A stretch of 64,000 nt of DNA from Octopus vulgaris (lineage: Eukaryota): NCBI GenBank assembly GCA_951406725.2, contig OX597842.1, positions 24,924,001 to 24,988,000 of the forward strand, written 5' to 3'. The notes under the pieces were generated by a model. It made no database searches and had not been told where the DNA came from. It saw only the letters and a list, made by a program, of their open reading frames with translations. Both the position numbers and the translations under genes were made by a program. Shown here in pieces: positions 39,241 to 52,476 of the stretch. Each line of letters begins with the position of its first letter. The stretch's first letter is position 1.

Positions 39241-40334
39241 TGAAAAATTCCTGGATTTGGGTAAAAAATAACACAGGAGGATCACTTAATTATAATTTTA
39301 TTTTGCATGTTTCTGCCGTGGTCCCTCAGTTTTTCTAAGCCCTGTGAAAGAACTTAGATGGTTGGGCCAATAGGTCGTTCGAGATACCCTTAAAGCCAGG
39401 AAATTTGCAGTACTCCCTCACATGTATGTGTGTGTGTATATATATATATATTATTCAAGGGAATTCCAACTGTCTGTTTTTTATGTTTTATTTATATTCT
39501 TTATAATATTAATGTGGAATATAGAATATATATAATATAGTATATATAGTATATATAATATATATATTGTTTATAATAATATATATATATATATTATATA
39601 TATATATAATATATGTATTGTTTATAATAATATATATATGTATTATATATATATAATATATATATTATATATAATAATATATATATATATATATTATTTA
39701 GCCTTCGGGCTAAAACATTTTTAAGGATTTTAAGGATATAGTAAAATGAAATGAAGTATTGATTGTCTTATTGAATAGATGAAATATTGAATATAAAATA
39801 TTATATATATATATATATTGGTAAAACGGTAAGATAACAAAAGAAAAGAAAGAAAGAGACCTCAATATTATGTAAATAGAGGAAATTTATCTATACAATA
39901 ATGTTACATTACTTGATAGTCAAGATAAAACTCTAAGTTTCAGATGCCGAAGTGGGAATCCACAACACCATCTCTTCGGTTATCTGGCTATTTATATATA
40001 TATATATACATACACACACACACGTACATACAGGGTGGCCCAAAAGTAGGTTTACTGTTATCAGGTAGGCACTTTAAATTTCTTTTAAAGCATTTTATTA
40101 CATTTAAATTTCTACCTTACAAACTGAAAAGGAAGCTTGACAAAATTAAACTAAATTAGCATAGAATAATGGTTTCATCTGCCTCAATCCATTCTGTCTA
40201 GCCCATGCAAGTATGGGGGTGGGACTGGACAATGGTGGGTATGATAATGGATATTGAATAAAGAGTCAGTGGAAGTTGAGATGTCCACCTCTGCCACCTG
40301 GGTAACAATGGTAACGTGTGTCTCTTTGTTGTAG

Positions 40335-40481
40335 GTTATCTGCTGTCACGTGTGGAAGGTCAGCCTGGCTCACCAGAAAAGCCCCTGTCAGAATTGGGTA
40401 AAGTTAGCTATCAGTCCTACTGGAAGAGCATCATGATTGAATACCTGTACAAGTCCAATGACACCAAGGTCACGATAAAAG
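40335..40481 (+). CDS. KAT6B: KAT6 exon: catalytic Glu region ([48 protein letters not shown])
   Basis: ttgtag acceptor, G|gtcagt donor (phase 1). [12 protein letters not shown] signature. Confidence 0.96.
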
Positions 40482-40799
40482 GTCAGTGAGTCCAGCCTAC
40501 TTCCTTCTCTCTTCCTGTCTCTCTTTCTCAACTTTAAATAATGAATTTAACTGAAATTTATTACTTAGCATTTAACCATCTTGTCAGTGTACTTTTATTC
40601 ACCCCATATATATGTATAATTTCTGCATCTCTTGCTTTCTCTCTCTCTTTCTGTCTTGTGTTTGTCTTTCTCTCTCTCTGTCTCATGCTCATCTCTCCTT
40701 TTCTCCTTTACCTCCTGTTCTCTCTACCCATCTCCTGCCCTTCCCCTCTCACCTCATTTCCCCCCTCTAGCCTCATTCTCTCTACTCTCGTTGCCCTTC

Positions 40800-41240
40800 A
40801 TGCCTCTTGTTGCCCCTCTCGCCCATTGTTTCCCCTCTTGCCCATCGTTTCCCCTCTTGCCCATAGTTTCCCCTCTTGCTTCATGTTTCCCCTCTTGCTT
40901 CACGTTGCCCGTCTTGCTTCATGTTGCCCCTCTTGCTTCACGTTGCCCCTCTTGCTTCACGTTTCCCCTCTTGCCCATCGTTTCCCCTCTTGCCCATCGT
41001 TTCCCCTCTTGCCCATCGTTTCCCCTCTCGCCTCTCGTTGCCTCTCTTGTCTCTCGTTGCCCCCTCTTGTCTCTCGTTGCCCCCTCTTGTCTCTCGTTGC
41101 CCCCTCTTGTCTCTCGTTGCCCCCTCTTGTCTCTCGTTGCCCCCACTTGTCTCTCGTTGCCCCCACTTGTCTCTCGTTGCCCCCTCTAGCCTCTCGTTGC
41201 CCCTCTAGCCTCTCGTTGCCCCTCTCGCCTCTCGTTGCCC
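40800..41240. repeat. Pyrimidine-rich minisatellite of about 20-21 bp (tgccccctcttgtctctcgt)
   Basis: Directly visible. Confidence 0.9.
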
Positions 41241-41800
41241 CTCTTGCCTCTCATTCTCCATCCTCTTGCCTCACGTTCTCCCCTTTTGCCTTGTTCTCCC
41301 ACCTCTTGTTCTCCCCCTCTCAATCTCCTCCTCTTGCCTCATTCTCCCCCTTCCTGCCCCTCATTCTCTCCCCTCTTGCCTCTTGTTCCTCCTTCTTGCC
41401 CCTCACTCTCCCTGTCGCCTCTCGTCCTCCCCACTCCTCTTCACTTGCCTCTTATTCTTCCCCCTTGCCTTTTGTTGTCCTCACCTCCCTAAATCGCTGT
41501 GAAATTATCATAATTATTGTCCAAATTTTAATATTTTATTTCTCAATGTAACTTTTAATTTTAATTATTTTAAGTAAAAAAAAGGTCTGTGATGTGGTAT
41601 TAAAGTGTACTAGTGCCCATGTATAGTCTTTCAGTTATGTTAAACATAGTACTACATTGTAGAGAAAGTCTGATGTGGCACTAAAGTGTACTAATACTAA
41701 CGTTTGGCCTTTTGGCTCTGTTGGACGTAATACAATGTTGGAGAGATTTTCTTGCAGTTTTTGTTGTTGTTGTAATTGTCCCTTTTATTGTTGTTTTCAG

Positions 41801-41885
41801 CAATTAGCCGTGCCACAGGTATGGACCCACATGATGTAGCTACTGCTCTGACAGCCCTTAATATGGTCATTAAAAAAGGGGAGAG
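41801..41885 (+). CDS. KAT6B: KAT6 exon: MYST C-terminal helix-turn-helix (AISRATGMDPHDVATALTALNMVIKKGER)
   Basis: ttttcag acceptor, AG|gtaagt donor (phase 2). Matches the MYST pattern S..TG....D....L..L.M. Confidence 0.93.
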
Positions 41886-43121
41886 GTAAGTGTTTTGTTT
41901 CTCCACTCAGGCCCTTGAGTGCGTGTCTGTCCCTGGACAATTTAAGCTTTGGTTGTCTGTGTGTACATGTGACTTAGTGGTTACTGTATTTGACCTACGA
42001 TCGTAAGGTCTTGAGTTCAATATCCAGCTATGTGCTGTGTCCTTGAGCAAGACACTTTATTTCACTTTGCTCCAGTCCATTCAGCTGGCAAAAATGAGTT
42101 GTCCCTGTATTTCAAAGGGGCCAGCCTTGTCACATTGTGTCACACTGAGTCTCCCTGCGAACTACATTAAGGGTTTGCATATCTGTGGAGTACTCAACCA
42201 GTTTCACAAGCAGGCTGTTCCGTTGATTGGATCAAATGGAACCCTTGTTGTCATAACCGATAGAGTAGCAGTGGTAGATTATGATTTACATATGAAGAAG
42301 TGTATATATAAATATATAATATCGGTATGTGAAGTGTGTATATAAATATGTATTGTACCTGTTATTCAAACGGGCCGACTGTGTCACATTCTGTGTCATG
42401 ATAAATCTCTCTGAGAACACCGTTAAGAGTACATGTATCTGTGGAATACTCAGCCACTTGCATGTTAATTTCATGAGCAGGGTGTTGTATTGATTGGATC
42501 ATTTGGAAACCTCGTCATCATTACCGACGGAGCGCCGATTTATGTATGCATGTGTGTGTGTGTGTGTGTGTTTATGTATGTATAAATCTATCAAGCCTAG
42601 CAAAATCACAGTTGTGGCATGACACCGGTATTGGTGTCATGCAAATTGGTACCCATGCCAATGGCATGTAAAAGCACCTTGGTGGCATATAAAAGCACAC
42701 GTTACATTCTCAGAGTGGTTGGCATTAGGAAGCACATCCAGCCGTAGGAAAACCATGTCAAATCAGACAGGAGTCCAACCCATGCCAGCATGAACAACGG
42801 ACATTAAATGATGATGATGATGATGATGTCTACCTAATCCACCTGTAAGATTTCGGTTGACTTGAGGCTATAGCAGAAGACACTTGCCCAATGTGCCACA
42901 CAGTGAGACTGAACTCAGAACCATGTGGTTGGGAAAATTTCTTACTAGAACAGCCACGTCTGCTCTTCATGCGTGTTTGTGATTTTTGTCAGAGCCTGAG
43001 GCCTTTGAACCTGTGTAATATTTTTATTTTAAAATTCTTTTTTTTTCAAAATTTCTTTCTCCCTGTTGCAAAGAAGAGATTGATGATGATGATGTTGTTG
43101 TCGTTGTTGTTGCTCTTTCAG

Positions 43122-43281
43122 AGTGGTTATTTTGGTGAATAGGAAATTGATCAAGGAACACATGCAGAAGCTAAAGCAAAAACTCCAGCAACGAATCGAT
43201 GTTGACCCCGACTACCTTCATTGGACCCCACTTATCTCGACTCAGCTGCTCCTCGAAGAAGAGAAGAGAGCGGAGAAGGAG
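43122..43281 (+). CDS. KAT6B: KAT6 exon: end of MYST domain (VVILVNRKLIKEHMQKLKQKLQQRIDVDPDYLHWTPLISTQLLLEEEKRAEKE)
   Basis: ctttcag acceptor, GAG|gtgggt donor (phase 0). DVDP..L.WTP terminal MYST motif. No further exon was recognised downstream in the window. Confidence 0.93.
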
Positions 43282-43589
43282 GTGGGTATTTCACTTCTCA
43301 AACACGTTATTGTTGTTGTTGTTATCACTGTTGGCAAGGGGTCGGGGGAGGGGATTGTTTTTTCTTTTCCTTTTTTTTGTACACGTTGTGGGTGGCGGGG
43401 TTACTTTACAAGTTGTTCTCTTGTCAAACCCTACCAATGTCAGTTCTCTTTTCCATGCCCTTCTTTGGGGTCAATAAGGTATCAGTTTTCAGTTTGTTAT
43501 AATCAATTATATCTATACACACTCTTTTTCTCAATGTGTACCCTTTTGCTTGTCCATGAAATCATTATTTATCATTATTATTATTATTA

Positions 43590-44930
43590 AGGCGGCGAGC
43601 TGGCAGAATCGTAAGCACGCCGGGCGAAATGCTTAGCGGTATTTCATCTGCTGTTATGTTCTGAGTTCAAATTCCGCCCAGGTTGACTTTGCCTTTCATC
43701 CTTTCGGGGTCGATTAAATAAGCACCAGTTACGCGCTGGGGTCGATGTAATCGACTTAATTCCTTTGTCTGTCCTTGTTTGTCCCCTCTGTGTTTAGCCC
43801 CTTGTGGGCAATAAAGAAATAAGAAACATTAGCATGTTGCTACGTTTTGAGTTCAAATTCCGCTGAGGTCGACTTTGCCTTTCATCCTTTCAGGGTTGAT
43901 TAAATAAGCACCAGTTACGCACTGGGGGTCGATATAATCGACTTAATCTGTTTGTATGTCCTTGTTTGTCCCCTCTGTGTCTAGCTCCTTGTGGGCAGTA
44001 AAGAAATAGGTATTTCACCTGTTGCTACATTCTGAGTTCAAATTCCGCTGAGGTTGACTTGGCCTTTCATCCTTTCAGGGTCAATAAATTAAGTGCCACT
44101 TGCTTGCTGGGGTCAATCTAATCGATTGGCCCTCCTCCCCCAAAATTTTGGACCTTATGCCTAGAGTAAAAAAGATTATTATTGTTATTATTAAGGCTGC
44201 AAGATGACAGAATTGTTAGTACGCTGGTGAAGGCTGCGAGCTAGTAGAACCGTTAGCATGCTGGGCAAAATACTTAGCAGTATTTTGTCTGCCGTTACGT
44301 TCTGAGTTCACATTCCGCCGAGGTTGACTTTGCCTTTCATCCTTTCAGGGTCGATTAAATAAGTACCAGTTACACACTGGGGTCGATGTAATTGACTTAA
44401 TCCGTTTGTCTGTCAAGAAACGTTAGCACGCTGGGTGAAATGCTTAGTGGTATTTTGCCTGTCGCTACGTTCTGAGTTCATATTCCGCTGAGGTCGACTT
44501 GGCCTTCCATCCTTTCGGGGTCAATAAATTAAGTACCAGTTGCTTGCTGGAGGCAATCTAATCGATTGACCCCCTTCCCCAAAATTTCTTGCCTTTTATA
44601 GAGTAGAAAAGGTTATTATTGTCATTATTAAGGCTGCAAGATGGCAGAATCGTTAGTACGCTCCGTAAAATACTTAGTGGAATTTTGTCTGTCCTTACAT
44701 TCTGAGTTCAAATTCTGCAGAGGTCGTCTTTGCCTTTCATCCCTTTGGGGTTGATAATTAAGTACTGGGGTTGATGAAATCGACTATTCCACCCTCGCCA
44801 CCTGAATTTCAGGCCTTGTGCCTAGAGTAGATAGGATTATTATTATTTATTATTATGGTGGCGAGCTGGCAGAATTGTTAGCACGCCGGGTAAAACGTTT
44901 AGTGGTATTTCGTCTGTCTTTACGCTCTTC
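43590..44930 (+). mobile_element. Tandem cluster of about 6-7 family B SINE units
   Basis: Repeated ttctgagttcaaattccgc.gaggt.gactttgcctttcatcc blocks, all in the same orientation. Confidence 0.8.
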
Positions 44931-46094
44931 ACTAGGCACATGCATCACAACCATATGTGCGCAACATGGTGATCTCATATCAAGATAAACAGAACATGAC
45001 CTTGCAGGTGGGGCCCAGTTAGAATTTTCTTCTGGTCAAGTAACCCATCCCACTCAAAAGGTCCCTGAATAAGGGTTGTTTAAGGATGTTGAACGAACCA
45101 CCCATGTTTCCAAAAGTGAATTATCCAAACCTCTAAGAATTCCTTTCAACACATGGCTATGATGCTCCCCCACTACTTCTGCTCTTGATCAGAGATGCAC
45201 ATATCAGCCATTAAAGGACATGGTCAACTGGTTAAGGTCAAGCAAATGACAAGCAAATCTGTAGTATTGAGCAGAATATTTGCTGTAGCCCATCTTTTAT
45301 ACCAAGACAAAACAATGTACATGATAACACTTCCAATCAGTTAAGATCAGAAGCCATGAGAGCCACTGCCTGGTACTGCATCAGGGCATTGATTATTATT
45401 ATTATTATTCGATATTTCTTCTGGCTCTTTGCATCCTGAGTTCAAATCCATCCTATTGCAGTTGACTTTGTCTTTCACCCTTTCAAACTCAATGAAATAA
45501 ATACCAGTTGGTTACTGGGGTTATTGTAATCGACTGAAACCCCCTCCCCTAAAACTTAGAAGCCATGTACCTACAGTAGAAAGGATCCTTATTTGGTGTT
45601 TCTTTTGACCATTTTTGTTCCAAGCTGAAATTCCGTTGGTATTGACTTTGATAAAATAACTACAATTTTATATTTAAGAGATGAGGAATTATTTACATTT
45701 GACGGATATTTGTCCTCATCTTGTTTGTTGTTAACACGTTTCGACTGATATACCCTCCAGCCTTCTTCAGGTGCCTTGGGGAAATTTTGAACCTTGGTTC
45801 TCATTCCTAAGGTATTTTTCAATGTTGTTGTTATTATTATTGAGGTCACTGCCTGGAATTGAACTCAGAACCTTGGGGTTAATAGCCTGTGCTCTTAACC
45901 ACTACACCATATGCCTGTGGGCATATAACAACAGCAACATCGAAAATACCTTAGGAATGAGAACCTTTAGGGGTCCATATGAGATTTTGTTGTTACAAAT
46001 TTATCTTCAATAAATTGATTATACTTTTACAATACACAAAATATTTTAATAACTATTTTTATACAATTCCTTTTAATATCTAATTATAAAAACA

Positions 46095-46660
46095 CAAGCA
46101 AAACGCCCCTCCCCGTCCAATTGAGGGTGCTGAGTTGTCAAACATTTTAACGAAATTTTCTCAAAGCAACTTGTCCGACCATCCCATAGACCTCCCCTTT
46201 GAAAAACACTGATTTAACCTAGATTTGAGACACCAGCAAAAGAAGAAATAAAGATAGACTTTTTTTCTATTCCAAAGAAATATGATTTCCCACGGCTTTA
46301 TCGATCACATTCTCACCTGGAATCAATTTTTGTAATTTTTTCAAGACTTATACACACCCTGATACCGTCAATATCTACATATCAAATTTGAGCGCAATCG
46401 AATGGAGAATGCCCGAGATCCTAGAAGACACACACACAGACAGACAGAACGGATTTTATATGACAGACGAGCAAAACGCCCCCCGTCCAATGGACGGTGC
46501 TGAGTTGTCAAACATTTAAACCAAAGTTTCTCAAAACAACTTGTCTGACTGTCCCATAGGCCTCCCCTTTGAGAAACACTGATTTAACCTAAATTTCAGA
46601 CACCAGCAAAAGAAGAAATAAAGATAGACTTTTTTTTCTATTCCAAAGAAAAACGATTTT
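46095..46660. mobile_element. Helitron/Helentron-like non-autonomous element, about 1.5 tandem copies
   Basis: gcaaaacgcccc...gtgctgagttgtcaaacattt... repeated at about 46098 and 46470; first copy ends with (CA)/(CAGA) repeats then ttttatat, like the 24411 element. Confidence 0.5.
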
Positions 46661-48164
46661 ATTCACACAAATATGCAACAAGAGTTTAAAGTACCAGTAA
46701 TAATAAGGCTGTTGACTGGGATAACACAAACATGGTTTAAATAGTAAGCTTGGCAAGAAAGAAACGTGCCTTTAAGCAGTACAAAAACAACAAAAAATGG
46801 AAGGTGCAGTTATGTATAGGTTGACAGAAGAAAAGCAGGATAAAAACGATGCATGCAAATGGGTTAGCTGGAGGTAAATCTAGAGTGAAAAGCATGATGA
46901 TTTTTTTGCGCAAACTGCACGTGCATTTTTCTCGTATGCGTAGTATCAGTCGCAACAGTTGATGTACCATGGCTTTATCAATCGCATTCACCTGTGCCGA
47001 CCACGCGGAGGGCACCCGTGCTGACCACGTGGAGGCCACCCGTGCCGGCCACTCGATGGGCACCTGTACCGGCAACATGTAGGGCACCCAGTACACTCTG
47101 TGGAGTGGTTGGCATTAAGAAGAGCATCTAGTTGTAAAAACCAAGCTAGTGACATGATTGGCACTTGTGTCAGTGACATGATGGGTAGCTGTGCCGACAG
47201 GGCACCCATGCTGGCAACATGTGAAGAGCACTCATGCCAGCAACAGGTGGGGTACCCAGTACACTCTGGAGTGGTTGGTATTGGGAAGGGTAAAACAGAC
47301 TGGAGCCTGGTGCAGCTCTGTGGCTTACCAGTTCCAGCCAAACTGTCTAACCCATGCCAGTATAGAAAACAGATACTAAATGATGACGATGATGATGGAG
47401 AGATGGTCCAGCAACGTTGATATTCACTACCTACATTTGGTGACCTAGGGTGAATATCTAAGCATTGAAGACCTGTTGAGGCAAGTGAAAATCGAAATCA
47501 AAATTAAAATCGATCAACATCAATGGAAATTGTAGCTGTGATACCAGTGCCGATGGCACATAAGAGAGCCATCCGAATATGGCCATTGCCAGCGCCGCCC
47601 CGACTGGCCTCCGTGCCAGTGGCATGTAAAATGCACCATCCGATTGTGGCCGTTTGCCAGCCTCATCTGGCACGTAGAAAGCACCCACTACACTCATGGA
47701 GTGGTTGGCGTTAGGAAGCGCATCCAGCCATATAAACACTGCCAGATCAGGCTGGGTCTGGTGCAGCCTTCTGGCTTCACAGACCCCGGTTGAACCATCC
47801 AACCCATGCCAGCATGGAAAGCGGACGCTAAATGATGATGATGATGATGATTAAGACTCCATGCCAGTTTCCACGTTCCAAATGGAGTTGAATAAATTGT
47901 AATAACAAAAACTCGATGGCTGTTTTCCAGGCTTTATTCTACCCAGTTGTTTGGTCGCAGCTCAGAATCTCCTGGCATTGTATGTGCAACCACTTTATAT
48001 AAATTGGCTGCTTAAGCTACTTTTGGTTGTACCGTTTAGTGGCATCATTCGACACAGTTTCTCAGTATTTGCTGCAAAAGCTGCTTGGAATGTAAGAATC
48101 GTGTGTGGGATTGTTTACTTAGCCCAGTTCTTTTGGCAACATGTTGTGCCTCCCAGCATGTATA

Positions 48165-48354
48165 TTCGGTTGTCTGGAAAGTTTGTGCCAATTTTTAAAG
48201 GAAAGAAAAAGGTCAATAAATACTTGCCATTACATTTATAATCAACCAAATATGAACGATTTTGTTGCACAATGCGTCTCCATCTTTCCTTTAACTTGAA
48301 AATACCCCCTTCCCAGAATTGAGGTTTTCATGGCAAAGAATTCATCAAGGTATC
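48165..48354 (-). mobile_element. Mariner 3' end fragment (TIR plus transposase C-terminus)
   Basis: Homologous to 48615-48805; begins ta|ttcggttgtctggaaagtt. Confidence 0.8.
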
Positions 48355-48614
48355 TTATGAGATTGTGGTTTCAATTCTTAGACCAGGTGGTGTGTTGTGT
48401 TCTTGAGCAAAACCCTTCATCTCTTTTCACTCTGCAATCACTTCAACACATGGTGCACCAGGCACCTGCTCAAGCAATGCAGATTTGATGGCAGTAATGA
48501 ACTAATGTACATCACAGACATTTGAACACTATAAAGCAATCATCTGTACAGCTTGTTCAGCAAGAATATGTAGACCCATCTTCCTCGGACTATGAGAGAT
48601 TATCATCATATATA

Positions 48615-49080
48615 TTGGGTTGTCCGGAAAGTTCATGCCGATTTTTAAAGGAAAGAAAAAGGTCAATAAATACTTGCCATTACATTTATAATCAACCAAA
48701 TATGAACCATTTTGTTGCACAATGCGTCTCCATCTTTCCTTAACTTGAAAATACCCCCTTCCCAGAATTGTGGTGGTTTCATGGCAAATAATTCATCAAG
48801 GTATCATTTTACATCATCCAAGGAATTGAAATTTTTACCATTAAGACTATTCTGCAGAGACCTGAATAAGTGGAAATCCGAAGGAGCAATATCTGGTGAA
48901 TATGGAGGGTGGGGTAACACATCCCAGCCGAGCTGCAGCAATTTTTGTCTGGTTCCCAAAGCATCAAGTGCCAAAAATGAACTTTCTTATCTTCCATTTA
49001 AAACGGTTGCAGATTTAACACAGGTTATAGGAACATGCGCTTAGATTGAGTTTCTGTCAGTTTGTAATACCTGTTATATT
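48615..49080 (-). mobile_element. Internally deleted mariner (DD34D) element
   Basis: Minus strand: MEDKKVHFWHLML joined to LGTRQKLLQLGWDVLPHPPYSPDIAPSDFHLFRSLQNSLNGKNF...RWRRIVQQNGSYLVD, with a stop and a frameshift; TA plus TIR ttgggttgtccggaaagttcatgccga. Confidence 0.88.
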
Positions 49081-49144
49081 ACAAAGGAAATGGGAAGCAA
49101 GTTGACATTCTGCTTCCATCAGAAAAACAGTGAAAAGATAACAC

Positions 49145-49342
49145 TCTCTCTTTACTCTTTCTCTTTTACTTGTTTCAGTCATTTGACTGCGACCATGCTG
49201 GAGCACCGCCTTTAATCGAGCAACTCGACCCCGGGTCTTATTCTTTTGTAAGCCCAGTACTTATTCTATCGGTCTCTTTTGCCGAACCGCTAAGTAACGG
49301 GGACACACCAGCATCGGTTGTCAAGCGATGTTGGGAGGACAG

Positions 49343-49387
<45 letters not shown>

Positions 49388-49548
49388 TACGACGGGCTTC
49401 TTTCAGTTTCCATCTACGAAATCCACTCACAAGGCTTTGGTCGGCCCGAGGCTATAGTAGAAGACACTTGCCCAAGGTGCCACGTAGTGGGACTGAACCC
49501 AGAACCATGTGGTCGGTAAACAAGCTACTTACCACACAACCACTCCTA
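49145..49548 (-). mobile_element. SINE family A
   Basis: Homologous to the other copies. Confidence 0.85.
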
Positions 49549-51509
49549 CGTAGTTTTCTGCATTTATTCAACTAATATTTTATACTTTTTCAAATTACTG
49601 AATACCCTTAATATAAAATGTGATTTAAAAAATTTTAAAGATAGCTGTATATTATGAAATGTCAATTCGATTCAAATATCTATGTGACAGAAAATTTTAG
49701 TCATTGCTTCCCCAGCCAGAAAGATTACCACTTGCCTCTGATATATATATGTGTGTGTGTTTGTGTGTATATATACACATATAGTGGCTCAGTGGTTAGA
49801 GCATCGAGCTTACGATCGTGAGGTTGTGAGCTCGAATCCCGGACCGGGCTGCGTGTTGTGTTCTTGAGCAAGACACTTTATTTCACGTTGCTCCAGTTCA
49901 CTCAGCTGTAGAAATGAGTTGCGACGTCACAGGTGCCAAGCTGTATCGGCCCCTTTGCCTTTCCCTTGGACAACATTGGTGACGTGGAGAGGGGAGGCCG
50001 GTATGCATGGGCGACTGCTGGTCTTCCATAAAAACAACTTTGCCCAGACTTGTGCCTCAGAGGGTAACTCTCTAGGTGCAAACCCATGGTCAGTGTCTGA
50101 CCGAAGGGGCTCTAAGGACTAAGGACACACACATGCATATACATGCCTTTGTTTCAATTAATTTGAGAGAATAATTAAGAATTTAGTAAATAACTTTGTC
50201 ATTATTAAGCTGATGTTTAGGACATAAAGTAACATGCAATTTTAATGGAAGGTTTTAAAGTTGAAATCCGTTTAAAACCGGACAGTTGTAACATAAAACC
50301 AGGAATGGTCTCAGGTGGTTTGGTACCAAAAGTGTTAAATATAATTAAATTCTAATATAATTAAATTTTTCAATGAATCCAGTGTTGTTATAATCGTCAT
50401 TTGATGATGTTTTCTTTTTTCATCCATGCCATTAATTTCTCTTGTTAATTAATTGTAAAGTATTGTAGAAAGGAAATTAGATTTTATGTCTTGTGGGTTT
50501 TAACTAGTAACATTCAGACATACCATCAGATGAACTTGAGGGGTCCTCAGTTTATTTATGACAGACATATATGTATGTATCGGGGACGTATACTCTGGGT
50601 GTCCTAGGTGTGTGCTGCACACCCATTGAAATGGCAAAATCATCATCATTATCATCATACGTCCGTTTTCCATGTTAGCATAGGTTGGACGGTTCGACTG
50701 GGGTCTGGGAAGCCAGGAGGCTGCACCAGGCTCCAGTCTGATCTGGCAATGTTTCTACAGCTGGATGCCCTTCCTAATGCCAACTACTCCATGAGTGTAG
50801 TGGGTGCTTATTACATGTCACTGGCACAGGGGCCAGAGGAGGCTGGCAACATCCACGATCGGTTGGACTTTAACCTTACTCATTAAATTAATCACAAATC
50901 TTAATGGAAAACTTTTATTATTCCCCTGATTGAAATTGGTGGCATTGGGATAAGACCAGAGCCTGGTGCAGCCTTCTGGCTTCCCAGATCCCCGGTTGAA
51001 CCGTCCAACCCATGCTAGCATGGAGAACAGATGTTAAACGATGATGATGATGATGGGTTATGACAGTATATCCAAAACAACAACCACCATACACCACTGG
51101 TATGTATGTATGTATGTGTAGTTAGGGTAAATGCCAGCTGTTTCCTCTTGAAGCCCATCTGCTCATTCCGTTACTACAATATGTATCCACAGTTGCTGCT
51201 GTATGTTTGTCAAAATACATATTAAAATTGAGAATTATTAATTCGCTGGGGCTGTTTATGATGCGTCCGATTAATATCCAAATATAAGCACTTCATTCAA
51301 ATGTATTTTGTATTATAAAAAACTTTCTCTATCTGATGATTTTCTGATAGGAAATTCCTTACATGTCTATCTAACATGTTAATCCTTGTAATTCCTATTA
51401 GCAAATGAAACACATGTAATGAAGACATAATAATATCAGAAAATTTCTATTTTCCTGTTTTGCTACATGTATATATATATATGCATATAAGTGCACACAT
51501 TCATGTATA

Positions 51510-52151
51510 CAGTTATACCTCACTTTACAAGACCCTAGGTTTATGCGTTTTATTTTTCAGCTTACACAAAAGTTTCTACTACCTTAAATGTTTTTGCGTG
51601 TTACTGAAAAGTATATAAAGAATGATAAAAAGCTTCTTCTAAACAAACAAACTCTAGACTTGTTTTTTAAAAAAGAACTCTTCAAGTCTGTCTATGAGTG
51701 CTTGTGAATCGGCGACTGCATCTGCAAATGATTGTGTGCGAGTCTGGCGCGAGTGAAAGTGATTCAGAAAAAGATTATACTAATATTTCGATTTTGGATT
51801 TGGTTTGCAAGATTCTTTATATGATTTCGTGTGTTGAAGCAAGCACATTCTGCTGTGTCAAGGCACAAAAAGAAAATGACTCTCCCCAGACACAACAGTT
51901 TATAATGATATTTAAAAAAAATTATAAATGATCTTGACATTCTTTTTACTTTAAAATATTCTTTACATTCTACTGTTGTTTTATTGCCATTTATTTACAA
52001 GTATTATAAATTTTATGGGTGAAATATTTTTCTGGGAACAAATTGCGATTTATAACATTGCTACTATGGGAAATTATTGCTCTTCTTTACAAGTTTTCGC
52101 TTTAAGAGCGGTCTCCGGTAACAAATTAACTCGTATATCGAGGCATTAATG
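51510..52151. mobile_element. Degraded pogo/Tigger-like non-autonomous element
   Basis: ta|cagttatacctc ... gaggcattaatg|ta imperfect termini. Confidence 0.4.
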
Positions 52152-52217
52152 TATGTATATATATATATGCAATAATAATCTCAGAGCGAGTTATAAAAAC
52201 AGTAGCTACAACACACC

Positions 52218-52476
52218 GTGACGTATATTTGCCATTGAAATATGGCTAACCCCTAAGAGTGGATGCTACTGTAGTTTGTAGCCCCAGGAGGCCACCGCCT
52301 CTAGTTGGCTATAGACACACTTTCTGTGCCCTATCAATTTCAAAGGGAAGTCAATATTGATAGGGCACAGAAAGTGTGTCTATAGCCAGCTAGAGGCGGT
52401 GGCCTCCTGGGGCTACAAACTACAGTAGCATCCACTCTTAGGGGTTAGCCATATTTCAATGGCAAATATACGTCAC
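52218..52476. repeat. Near-perfect palindrome, 121-bp arms, 17-nt loop
   Basis: 52218-52338 is the reverse complement of 52356-52476 with one visible mismatch. Confidence 0.95.

Noticed and set aside
51330-51365. CTGATGA...GAAA hammerhead-like spacing
   Set aside because: No convincing stem I or III pairing or cleavage triplet.
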